Assembly (NCBI GenBank): GCA_964187785.1 | Contig: OZ076416.1 | Span: 54,250,001 to 54,314,000 of the forward strand | From: Amphiscolops sp. MND2022 | Taxonomy: Eukaryota | Direction of reading: 5' to 3' | Length of the DNA stretch: 64,000 nucleotides | Shown here: positions 48,284 through 58,918 of the stretch, piece after piece | How positions within the stretch are numbered: the stretch's first letter is position 1 | How the letters are laid out: each line of letters opens with the position of its first letter | The notes under the pieces: model-generated | What the model was told of the DNA's origin: nothing | The model's database searches: none | What the model saw: the letters and a program-made list of their open reading frames with translations, nothing else | Translations under genes and position numbers: made by a program

Positions 48284-51200
48284 CTTTGCCACGACTCCAA
48301 TACAACGAACTGATATCCGTCCGCCAATACATCAGGTCGGATCCTCCAACGCAAACTTTCCACCAATACAATCAGCAATTGATGGGCTATCCCTCTGTTG
48401 TCTGGCAGCAACAGATGGACAAGGCTACCACCATCACCTATAACAACACCCATTTATTCCAAAAACCAATTCCTGTTTGGGACCCTGACTATACCACTAC
48501 CTTCACTACCCGGTTCAGGCCCATTCCCCTGGTAGATAATTACAATCCAACGTACATCGACCCAGACTACGGCAGAGATCCCTATTGGGACACCGAGATT
48601 TACAACCAAGATTTACTGCAATTCCAGTACGTTCTAGATGATATCGAACATTACAATCGATCAGTCCACGAGAATCCTCCCATCACCCACAATAAGAAGA
48701 CCAGAGCATTAATTGAAAACTGGCAAATGAATGATGGCACGAACCACCCAGTGTTCCCAAACCCATTGGAGACCGAGAACCATGACAACAATACTGAACC
48801 CATACAGCAATCACTACTAGATGAGAAACAATTCCAAAATGTCCTAATCACAAGGGACGGCGAACCAGACTGTATACCTTTGTCAAACAACATCAATCTC
48901 AAATGCAAGAAACGCATGTTGTATTTCCCAATGGACTTTGGGGAATTGACCATTGATGGACTCATCGACACTGGAGCGCTGTCCAGTGCAATTCCTGAAA
49001 TGGACATCCGGAAAATCCGACTTTTATCTCCACAATCTGTTATCCGGGAAGGCCCGCCTCCGAATTTCCAAATTATGGTCGCTAATGGGCAATTGGAAAC
49101 CCCCAAGAGTACCATAGAGCTCAAATTTGAAGTTGGTGACATCGAATTTCACGAGATTTTCATAGTCATGGAACACCTGACAGGTCCGATCATTGGACTA
49201 ATGTTCCTTCAACGAAATCATACAGTTCTGGACATGAGACAAGGAATACTAAATTTCCCGTTCTTTTCAATGCAGCTCAAAACAGCAGACCATAAGTACT
49301 CAAACGTACTTGAACCAATCCTCAACCCTGCTGAAATAACCATTCCGCCAAATGACAGAGTCCTAATCCGAACTAATTCCCTACTCTACCCTGAGAATGC
49401 TGTCACTGGAATTTTGCAACCGAGCGACCTTCTACATGAGGAAGGCGACATCACATTTTGCCCAGCTTTGGTCACTCTGAATGACGGCAATATATTGATA
49501 CCAGTGAACAATTTCACAGACCACCCCTATAAACTCAAAAAAGGACTCCATATTGCCAATTTCTCTGTTATGACGCCAGAACAAATGAAATATGTCAAAC
49601 CGGTGGACCCGGCATCAACCTGGCATTTTTTACAGAATGATCAAGAGCAGGCAGCCCACTATGTCAGCAGTCTCATCAAAACTAATAGAAATCCACAAAA
49701 CTCCGAAAATTACTGGTTCCCAACCACAGAAAATCCTGGAAATCCCGAGGAACATACACCGATACAAAAACGAATCCTCCAGGAATTACAGGCCTTACAA
49801 GACCTCGAGACACTTGACCCTACTCAAAATGAAGAATCACGTACAAAGTTCTTAGAAAATTTCGATTGGAAAGATTCCATCCTTACTCCTGAAGAGAAGG
49901 AGAAAATAGAGGAATTGTTAGTGGAATTCCATGACATCTTTGCACGACACCGATTTGATATAGGCATGAACGAAGACTTCAAGGTGAAACGGACACCTAA
50001 AGACGATTCCCCAGCCTATAGTCAAAGTCTTCCAGCCCCTATCAACTTGAAGGAGGACATCCTAGTCGAATTAGCCATGTTGCACAAATATGGCATAATA
50101 ACCACACTACCGTTCTCGAAGTATGCAAGCCCAATATTCGCCCAAAAGAAACCAAATGGGAAGCTACGACTTTTGGTTGACTTGAGAAAAATCAACATCC
50201 TCATCTCGGATGATTATATAAACAATAATCACCCTGTTAGCACCCTTGTTGATGCCGCCCAACACTTGGCAGGCAAAAAACTGTTCTGTAAATTAGACTG
50301 TTCGCAGGCATACCACTGCCTACCAATGGCTGACCAACGTTCAATCGAAATGCTGGCTTTCAATTTTGCCAGTCGCACATTCGCTTACAGACGCTTAGCA
50401 CAAGGCCTTAGTCGGTCACTATCCGCATTCTCGAGTTTCATGAGGGAATACCTCGACAAAGTCATTAAAGCGGATCAGTGCGCCCAGTATGTCGACGATA
50501 TCGGCATCGCAGCCAATGATGTCGACCACCTCATGACGAACCTGAGAGCAACATTCAAATGCATTCAGGAAGCAGGCCTCAAGTTGACAATGCACAAATG
50601 TCACTTCGGTGCAAAAGAAATTGATTTTCTCGGACGGACTATTACCCCGCAAGGAGTCAAACCCCAGAAACAGAACGTGCAAAACTTTCTGGAAAAGACC
50701 AAATTCCCAAAGTCAAAAAAGGCTTTGCAGCGCTACTTGGGATTCCTGAACTACTACAGGAATTATGTCCCAAGACTCTCCGAACGCCTTGCTCCATTCT
50801 ACAAGATGCTCAAAAGTGACGAAAAGGTCCTAGTATCGAAAGAATTAGTCCAACAATTCGAAGAAATCAATAGAGCGCTAGACAAATGTTGCGACTTAGC
50901 CCTACAGCAACCCATTCCGAACAAGCAAATAGCACTAATGACTGACGCAAGTTTTGGTGCAGCCGGATACGCGGTCTTAATTGAAGATGACCCGAACCAG
51001 AAATTCACGTCACTCAGGAAATCGTATGCTCCAGTCGCATACGGATCGAAAACTTTCACCCCAGCACAGATAAAGATGTCAATTTACGCAAAGGAATTCC
51101 TTGCAATTTATTTTGCATTTAAAGAATTCGGACATATATTCTGGGGTGCGCCGAAACCAGTCATCATCCTTACCGACAACAAAGCAGTCACGAGATTTTT

Positions 51201-53484
51201 CCAAACAAAAATAATACCCCCAGCCCTATGGAACGCGTGTGATTATGTCATTCAGTTCAATTTTGTCATAGCACACATCCCAGGGGCACAAAATACAGCC
51301 GCCGACTACTTGTCCCGATTGGAAGCAGATCCAAAGGACAAATTAGTAATGAAAATTCGTGAAGATGTACAAACACTACCAATCGAAATCAATGTCCAAT
51401 CCGCAGGGGTGTCGCAAGAAGAACAAATCTTCTACACCAATGACGACGATGAGACAGAGGAACAGTATTGGGCAAGAAAAGAAGCAATCAGGAAAAATCC
51501 AGCAACTGATGAGCCCACTGTTACTATACAAACTCTGTCAACAAATCTGGTCAAACAACACCCCGATATACAAGTCCGATTGAGGAAAACGAACCAGATC
51601 ATTATTGAGCAATCCAAAGATACAGTATTACAACAATTGAAGGCAAAACTCCTTCATGAAGACTATTCAGAAAACATACTGCAACAGGATACTCGATATA
51701 GACACTATGCAAATAATCTGGAACGAATCGTACTCAAGGACGAAATCCTGACGAGGCAATATTTTGATGAAACAGGGAATGTTAAATACCATCAAATTCT
51801 ACTCCCGCAACACTTACTCCGGGAATTGCTTCAATCCCTTCACGGGACAGCGCATAAACACCCCGGGATTTCAAAAATGCTACAGGAAATTAGACAGAGG
51901 TATTACTACCCTAGCATGGCTAAACACGTCAAAAAGTGGGTAGAAGGGTGTGAACAATGTGCCAGAGACAAGAGAGTCCCTAACGCAACGATCACACCCG
52001 AGCTGCTCAACTTGCCCGAATGGGACCTTGGACCTGAAGACGCTATGCAGATTGACCTATTGCCGAATCTTCCCCCAAGTGGAGGGTATGAAAATGTCCT
52101 AACGGCAATTGATGTTTTCTCCAGATATTTATTTGCTTACCCTCTCACGGACGCATCAGCTATCAACGTGGCAAAAGCGCTCATTGATATAATGACTAAA
52201 CACTCATATCTACCAACGACTCTTATCACTGATAAAGGTACTGCATTTACTTCTACAATTATCGCGGAAATTACGCAGATTTTGGGCATTACACTCAAAT
52301 GCGCCACGACGAAGCACCCGCAGACAATTGGGAAATTGGAGCGAACTCATGCCTCATTGAAAACAAATCTCAAAATGGCATGTGGAGAATATCGCCGACA
52401 ATGGCACAAATACTTGCCATTAGCAGTACTGAATCATAATACTAGCTATCACGCCAGCATCGGTTGTGAACCGACGAGAGTATTCCATGGAAGAATTCCA
52501 TTTAATATCTTGGATCACAAACTTGGAAATAATCCAAATGAGCAGATTAACCCCACAACCGAATTTGCTGAAGAAATCCAAAACCAGACAAAAATCCTAA
52601 TTGATAAAACGAAACAGAACATTATGCAGTCGTACATCAAGTACAAAGAATATTACGACCGCAAAGCAAAAGCTGCTCCATTGAAGGAGAATGATTACTG
52701 TTTCGTCTTACAGCCGAAAGCGGATCATCAAGGATCAAAAATTCCATTCCGCGATTACCGTTGGGTTGGACCATTTGTAGTCCAAAAGGTTTTGCCAAAT
52801 GAAAACTACATAGTACGAAGGATCAATACGAACAAAACTCAAATTCTGCATCGCATTCGTCTTAAAAGATTCATTCCCAATCAACCGCTTGAGGACAATT
52901 TCCGAGAACAACGTCTACAGCCAGATGAAGAAATTGTCATTCCGCAAGACGACTTATACGTCATAACGTGGGAAACAGACTTCGGCGAACAGCTAGTTAC
53001 ACGAGGCAACGAACCTATTCCGACTAGCTTGCCGAACGGCGAACGACCGAATACGGCAGAAACGAATACAAGTGACGTAACCGAGAATGAAACGGATTAC
53101 ATAATCACGCGAGAAGAATTAAACAACGACAACGCGACACACAGCCGGAATGAACGCTTGGATGATGACGTCACTGAGAGAAATAAAGCTACTGCAGTGA
53201 CAGAAAATACCAAATCTGATTGGCCGAATCCGGCCGTTTCCCCAAAAAACCAAGAAAATTCTTTACCGAGTACGGCAAATGGACCGGAAAATGATGAAAT
53301 TTTTTCAGAAAGAAACCTAATGAATGAAAACGATGCACAAAACTCTCAAAAAAGGTGGGATGATATTATCGTGCCCGAAATATCTGAAAACGATGCTAGA
53401 AATGAAAGTCTGAGCCCTAGAGGAGGGAAATATAATCTCAGGCCTAACCCTAATCCGAACTACTCAGAAGACTTCAGATACTAA
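48280..53484 (+). CDS. pol: Element 2 Pol: aspartic protease, RT, RNase H, integrase (intact frame; ORF-track start 48286)
   Basis: LIDTGA, YVDDI, TDAS, HGTAHKHPG...CEQC, QIDLL, TDKGTAF, LERTH and GPF; ends YNLRPNP. No env or chromodomain recognised. Confidence 0.97.
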   Translation, partial: LTLPRLQYNELISVRQYIRSDPPTQTFHQYNQQLMGYPSVVWQQQMDKATTITYNNTHLFQKPIPVWDPDYTTTFTTRFRPIPLVDNYNPTYIDPDYGRDPYWDTEIYNQDLLQFQYVLDDIEHYNRSVHENPPITHNKKTRALIENWQMNDGTNHPVFPNPLETENHDNNTEPIQQSLLDEKQFQNVLITRDGEPDCIPLSNNINLKCKKRMLYFPMDFGELTIDGLIDTGALSSAIPEMDIRKIRLLSPQSVIREGPPPNFQIMVANGQLETPKSTIELKFEVGDIEFHEIFIVMEHLTGPIIGLMFLQRNHTVLDMRQGILNFPFFSMQLKTADHKYSNVLEPILNPAEITIPPNDRVLIRTNSLLYPENAVTGILQPSDLLHEEGDITFCPALVTLNDGNILIPVNNFTDHPYKLKKGLHIANFSVMTPEQMKYVKPVDPASTWHFLQNDQEQAAHYVSSLIKTNRNPQNSENYWFPTTENPGNPEEHTPIQKRILQELQALQDLETLDPTQNEESRTKFLENFDWKDSILTPEEKEKIEELLVEFHDIFARHRFDIGMNEDFKVKRTPKDDSPAYSQSLPAPINLKEDILVELAMLHKYGIITTLPFSKYASPIFAQKKPNGKLRLLVDLRKINILISDDYINNNHPVSTLVDAAQHLAGKKLFCKLDCSQAYHCLPMADQRSIEMLAFNFASRTFAYRRLAQGLSRSLSAFSSFMREYLDKVIKADQCAQYVDDIGIAANDVDHLMTNLRATFKCIQEAGLKLTMHKCHFGAKEIDFLGRTITPQGVKPQKQNVQNFLEKTKFPKSKKALQRYLGFLNYYRNYVPRLSERLAPFYKMLKSDEKVLVSKELVQQFEEINRALDKCCDLALQQPIPNKQIALMTDASFGAAGYAVLIEDDPNQKFTSLRKSYAPVAYGSKTFTPAQIKMSIYAKEFLAIYFAFKEFGHIFWGAPKPVIILTDNKAVTRFFQTKIIPPALWNACDYVIQFNFVIAHIPGAQNTAADYLSRLEADPKDKLVMKIREDVQTLPIEINVQSAGVSQEEQIFYTNDDDETEEQYWARKEAIRKNPATDEPTVTIQTLSTNLVKQHPDIQVRLRKTNQIIIEQSKDTVLQQLKAKLLHEDYSENILQQDTRYRHYANNLERIVLKDEILTRQYFDETGNVKYHQILLPQHLLRELLQSLHGTAHKHPGISKMLQEIRQRYYYPSMAKHVKKWVEGCEQCARDKRVPNATITPELLNLPEWDLGPEDAMQIDLLPNLPPSGGYENVLTAIDVFSRYLFAYPLTDASAINVAKALIDIMTKHSYLPTTLITDKGTAFTSTIIAEITQILGITLKCATTKHPQTIGKLERTHASLKTNLKMACGEYRRQWHKYLPLAVLNHNTSYHASIGCEPTRVFHGRIPFNILDHKLGNNPNEQINPTTEFAEEIQNQTKILIDKTKQNIMQSYIKYKEYYDRKAKAAPLKENDYCFVLQPKADHQGSKIPFRDYRWVGPFVVQKVLPNENYIVRRINTNKTQILHRIRLKRFIPNQPLEDNFREQRLQPDEEIVIPQDDLYVITWETDFGEQLVTRGNEPIPTSLPNGERPNTAETNTSDVTENETDYIITREELNNDNATHSRNERLDDDVTERNKATAVTENTKSDWPNPAVSPKNQENSLPSTANGPENDEIFSERNLMNENDAQNSQKRWDDIIVPEISENDARNESLSPRGGKYNLRPNPNPNYSEDFRY

Positions 53485-53698
53485 AGATTGAATTTTCCCG
53501 AAAATGGGAGCTCTCTTCCTTCATTTTTTAGTTTCATTTTTTCGGCCCCTTTAGTATCTTTTGAGTAAATAGCGGGACATCTAGAAGACCCCTCGGAAAG
53601 AGAATAAATATGGGATCAGAAAGAAACAAATACAACAACATTAAGAGAATGAACAAAAGTTTACAGTTTCAAAACGTACATAAATACATATGTACATA

Positions 53699-56600
53699 CT
53701 AGTCTTTAGAAGAACCTTGGACAGGCTTCTTAGAAATTGAGGAAAGACTTGAGCTGTTGCTACCCTGCCTTTTTCTTCGCAACTTAGAAGGAATCTTCAG
53801 AGCAGACTCATCGGGGACGGATGAAACACTCCTCTCCTCCAAGCGAACTGAGCGAGCAACAGAGATGGATGTAGTGAGCTTATATGAAGCCAATAAGCTC
53901 TTATAAATTCTGGATCGCCCAAACACATCAACATACGTCCACGGGTCATAATCAGCACCAAAGGCAGACTGTTCGAAGGTGGCACTGAGATGCGAAAATT
54001 TATCCAAATTGGCATCGGTCACGCAACCAGAGATGGAATCAGGAACGGAGGAAAGATAACTTTGACAAGGCAGGACCAAATCAGTAAAGCGCCCACGATA
54101 TCCAGTGGTGTCTACACTCCCAAATAACACAGGAGGATACTGAGGACTGGAACTAGTCAAACACAGACAACACAATTTGAACAAATAAAGCAAATGTTCA
54201 TGAGTCTGGAAGAACTCTAGTCCCATAATGAAGTCGATGAGGTCCTTGGAATTCTCTAGGAGATCGAAGTCAGGGGGGTAGCTCACTCGAAGATGGTCCA
54301 ATAGGGCGATGTATTCCTCCCGGCAAGCATCCTCGTTGGCAGATGAGACCCAAGACCGATGTTGGAAGGTAGCGTATAACAAATCGAAGTGACGAAGGCC
54401 GACTTCTGAAGGTCTTTTGAATAAAATGAAAGGGTCGAAAGCTGCCAACCCCTTCACAATCTCTGATCGTAATCCAGCCTGATTGAGAACCTCCTTCAAG
54501 AGATACTGTACGAAGTGGAGGCCTTCCCTGGCAAAACTGGAAGTTGCCTCATCCGCCGTCTTCTCAATTGCAGCCTTCTCAGACTTCTTATTTAGGTGAA
54601 CGATTTCAGCACTCTGTTTGCTTGCAGTTGCTACTTTGTTCACCAAGCGCAGTCGAACCAGGAAGTCCTCCTCAGTAAGGAACTTGCCTTCACTGACGGC
54701 GAAACCAAGCAAGAGGAACCAATCTTTCTCGACAGGGATCGTTTCAGGCAGATAACAACGGGAGCACAACTTGGAGATGAATCGGCAGACTTCCCCACAA
54801 AGGAAGAAAGTAGCATCTCGTCTGCCTTGAAGGTTGACAACGAAACTGGACACGTCTGAAACACAACCGGTCACATGAAAAAACCCAACCGCATGCCTAA
54901 ATGACTAACCGAGGAAACAGGGCTTACTGCCCTACCAGGATTCAAGAGTTTGGGATATGAAGCTAGAAGCGAGCAGTGATAAACCCAAAAGGTCCGTATA
55001 CTTACAGTCACTGATAATGCGTTGGAAGAATTCCAATTTCACAACAAAGAAGGTGTCGCAGATGAGGGACCATTCAAAGCTCTGAACCTGTAACATGATC
55101 TAAGTAAGTCACATGCAACTGATATCGCCGGTCCATTAACCCATTGACTTGGAAACCAACTCATTGAAATTCAAAAGGCCCGAAGAGGATCCTTACCTGA
55201 TTATGAACCCCTTGCATGCCTTGATGGGGAGTGTGAGCAGTCAGAAAGGAACGCACTGCTTTCCAGTTTTTTGACAAGTCACGACAGAGACCAGGGAGAT
55301 CGGGCAAATTCAGTTTGCAAGTGGAAATAGCCTAAAATGGACCACTATTAAACAGGGAGTCCTGTGTACTAGTTAACACTATCGACGTGTGAAAGGAAAG
55401 ATACTAACTTGAAGTAATTCGGGTGATTGCATGGCCCAATCCTCATCGGCAGCAGATCCTAAGGACACCAGTAAGCTCTTCAACACGGAGAAAAAGTCGA
55501 TTCTGCCGAACACACTATAAGTAGGTTTGCGCATCATGGTCTGCAAATCCAAATGTTCGAATCGAAAACAGCTCTGTACTGCTCGTGGAAATAGTGCACA
55601 TCTGTCGATAGTACAAATCAGCTCAACGGGGCAGCCGGAACAAGCAACTATGTCTGCCTTGTTAGACACGACCGAGAGAAATCTGGAAAGGGACCCCAAT
55701 TCTCCTGTCAAGTCGGTTGAAGGAAGCCCACTTCGACAAACGAAGACTCTACACAGTGAGTCTCCCTTCCAAAATCTCACAGACATTAGCTTGTTGACTC
55801 CAACCCGTTCGTACTCGAGCCCAAAGCACTGTGTTGCCGCTATTTGTTCTGCCATGTCCTCCATGGCACAGTTGAAGATGTGCTGGAAGATCGCCTTAAA
55901 AGAAAATAGGAATATTAATTCGGATATTTACAGTGCACCTCGATAGTGAAAAGAAAAAAACAAAACTACCAACCGAGACTCTATCTTCACTCCAGTCAAA
56001 ATCGCAGTAGCTGGCTTGGTAGTTGGTTAGGGAGCCGACCTGTGACCACATCCGCCGTAAAATAGAAAGGTCTCCCTGATGCTGCACAAAATCTGCGATG
56101 AGGTGAATCTGAGTCTTGGCACGAGACGCTGGAGTTACGAGGGTGGTCGCTGTTCCTTTGACGAAATCGTCGTAAAAGGGGAAACGTTCCCCGATATCAA
56201 CCAACTCGGCATGTATGAACAGAGGAGTTCTTTAGCCAGCTCTATCTTGGTCAGAACTTTGCCGTTTCTGCCCCTCACACGGTGTTGCACCTTGCCAGTG
56301 ACAGGATGGACGCTTTTTAGGTGCTCATAACGCCATCTCTGGTCCTTGCGCAAGTGTTTTTCTGTCCGGTGATGTCGTAGAATCTCCAGAGTGCCTTTGG
56401 TTTTCACGGAAAAATTCTTCTTACAGATATGGCACCAGACCATATGGGGATTGTGCAATGGGTCGGCTGGTCCAGAGATGAAAGATCGGGTCCACCCAAT
56501 CTTCGCAAAGAATTCCTCCTTCATGGGGACCCCTCTAGTGGGCCCGCGACGCTTCTTTTTGGATTCTTTACGAGTCTCGCTTGGACGCGGTACTTCCTGG

Positions 56601-57985
56601 TGACGCAACTCTGACAATGTTGCATCCAAGCTTGATTGCCCAGTCGACTCATGACCTTCATCTCGACGGCCGACATCTACTATTCTTTGGCTGGTCGGAT
56701 CAGGTTCAACCAAGTTAGGCTCTTTGAAAGCCTGAGAAATTAGGGCCATTTCCGCGGAACTGTCAGTCTCGTTGGGGGAATCGAAAACCCCATCTTCGCT
56801 CTCAGTATTGGGGTCACCGGCAGAATCCGTACTTGAGCCAAAATTGTCGTAACTCTGTGACCCATCACTGCTATCACTGAGGTCTCGTGGATGAGGAGTT
56901 TGTGCCCTGCGTCTGATTTTGAAATGGTCCGTACGAGACTTGGCCGTAACTGGAGCTCCTCTGACTGCACCTAACACCATTTCTTCCATGGTCGTATAAG
57001 ACATTCGCAACGTCTCGTCAGCAAGAACACGGAGGAGGTGATAAACCTGTGGTTCCGTGAATGCGACAGTCCGATGGCCTAGAGGAAGAGAGACAGTTGT
57101 GGCATCTTCATCAAAATATTGTTTCAGAATAGCCGTACTCCGTCCGGATAACTCCCTCAATTCAGAATGAGTTGGACCTGAGGGACCGGGTCTAGACTCA
57201 GCAGTTGGGTCTTTGGGACTATGAGTAAGGGTGTCTTCTTCACTCGATGTTGGGTTGTGGGGTGCAGGGATAAAACTGTATAACTCGGGACAGCTAATCT
57301 GACTTGTCCCATCCCCTGTCTCTTCTGTCTCGGTTCCCCCGTCTAGGAACCGCACCTTGGTTACTCCTTGGGGAAGCTCTGGGGCGTCACAGAAGGACGA
57401 ACTATCGTCAGTCTCGTGCTGGAGGAAAGAAACCGCAGACGTTTCATTGTTAGAATGTCCGGCTGGTAGTAATTCCGGTAAAGTGGTTCGGGAGGAAGTA
57501 GCAACCTTTAGGCCACTTTCCAACTGGGTCAAATCCATCTCCAGCTGGATATTGGAAGTCCCTGGAGTTGGGGTGCTGGCACGAATGTTTGGGGAAATCG
57601 GATCAGTTTGGATCGGATTGATGGGTGAGACGCTGGTAGCACCCTCCCTGGCCTCCGTTGGCTCTCTTCCCTTGGCTTCTTCAGACTCACCAATCTTCTC
57701 GGGAACGTTGTCGGCTAAGTCGATATTCGGAGTTGAAGTCAACCCCTGAATGTGCTCGTAAACCCTGACTCTTTCTTCAGCATATGCAGTGACATCGACG
57801 TTACTGTCAGTACTGCTGGGAGAGATGGGGGCTCTGAGGGGAGGAAATGGCGGTGGAGATGGCATCACATTCGGTGTAGACTGGATGTGGGAATCAGAGG
57901 CTGGTGTTTGTTCTTCCTCGGTATTTTCATTCCCTAAATGGAAGGAGATAAAATTAGGCGGTATGCTTCCTTGGAAGAAATCCAT
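53699..57985 (-). CDS. Element 2 antisense five-exon gene (about 1290 aa): acidic disordered N-terminus, BED-like zinc finger and hAT-transposase-derived region; one 1-bp frameshift near 56224
   Basis: Exons 57985-55974, 55894-55409, 55331-55197, 55087-55006 and 54855-53699. GT-AG introns of 79, 77, 109 and 150 nt with compatible phases 0, 0, 0, 1. Zinc finger WCHICKKNFSVKTKGTLEILRHHRTEKH. Adding one C at GAACTC(C)CTCTG restores the frame. Confidence 0.82.
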
Positions 57986-58918
57986 TTTACCGCGTTAGAA
58001 AACTTCTAGAAGTGCCTTTCAGTGTGACTATTTAGTCGAAACATGTGAAACAAAAACAGAAACAGGAAGCGTTTGTGAACAAGTTTTGTCTCTGATCAAG
58101 TCAAAATTGTTCAGTCTATTGAAAGAAAATCCAGACCAACCTGATTTTGAAGCCATGAAGCTGCTCCTTTTGGAAGATGAGACGTAAGTCTACAGGAGAG
58201 AGTCTGTGGAGAAAGGCCGAATACGGCGATGATGGAAGATCAGGAAACAGCAACAAAGTTCGTGAAGTGTAACAGCGGGGAATCCCAGGAGAGGAAAATT
58301 GCAAAGATAGAAGAATTGGAATTGGGTAAAGAATTGAAAGTTGGAGTTCGTGGCTGAAGATTTACCAGACTAATATTATTTGATTATCTACATATTTAAA
58401 TCTGTACACGGAGTCTGCCAGCGAAATGTACAGGACGTATCTCGCTATTTACAACCTTGTTACAATTAGTGGCCGATTATGGCCGTTTACCCTTATTCAT
58501 GTTGCCGCTTTGTTCAGTTTTCCTAGTTACCTTAGTTAGATTTTCGCCATTTTAGTTATTCAGAATTATTATTTTCCGCCATCTTTATTATTCATTTTTC
58601 CAAATTTATCGAAGCTCAAATTTGATTGGCTGAAGCCATTTCAGTGAGTTTCATCAGACAAGTACCGTTAATTGCTATCAAGCTTGGTGTTGATTACCCA
58701 CTCGAAGTGGAATTATTTGTTGTTGTCAACTTAACACCTCTTTGCATACTCACTTGAGAGAGTGAGACAGGGGGGTTCCATTCCGAATTTCAAAGGACAA
58801 ATAAGCCGCTGAGAAATTCCATTCTAGAAACTTTACGACGGATCAGGGCGATTGGCCATGGTCTCTCCCGCCGAAATGGGACTCCGGGAAAATAGCCTGA
58901 ATAGGCCTGAAGAAAATT

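Noticed and set aside
54856-54896. Alternative acceptor at 54897 for the last exon of the antisense gene
   Set aside because: It leads to an immediate in-frame TGA, whereas the TTTCAG acceptor at 54856 keeps the frame and aligns with element 1.
53699-57985. Nested DNA transposon insertion as the explanation for the antisense gene
   Set aside because: No TIRs or TSDs were found around it, and a homologue with shared introns occupies the same position and orientation in element 1.
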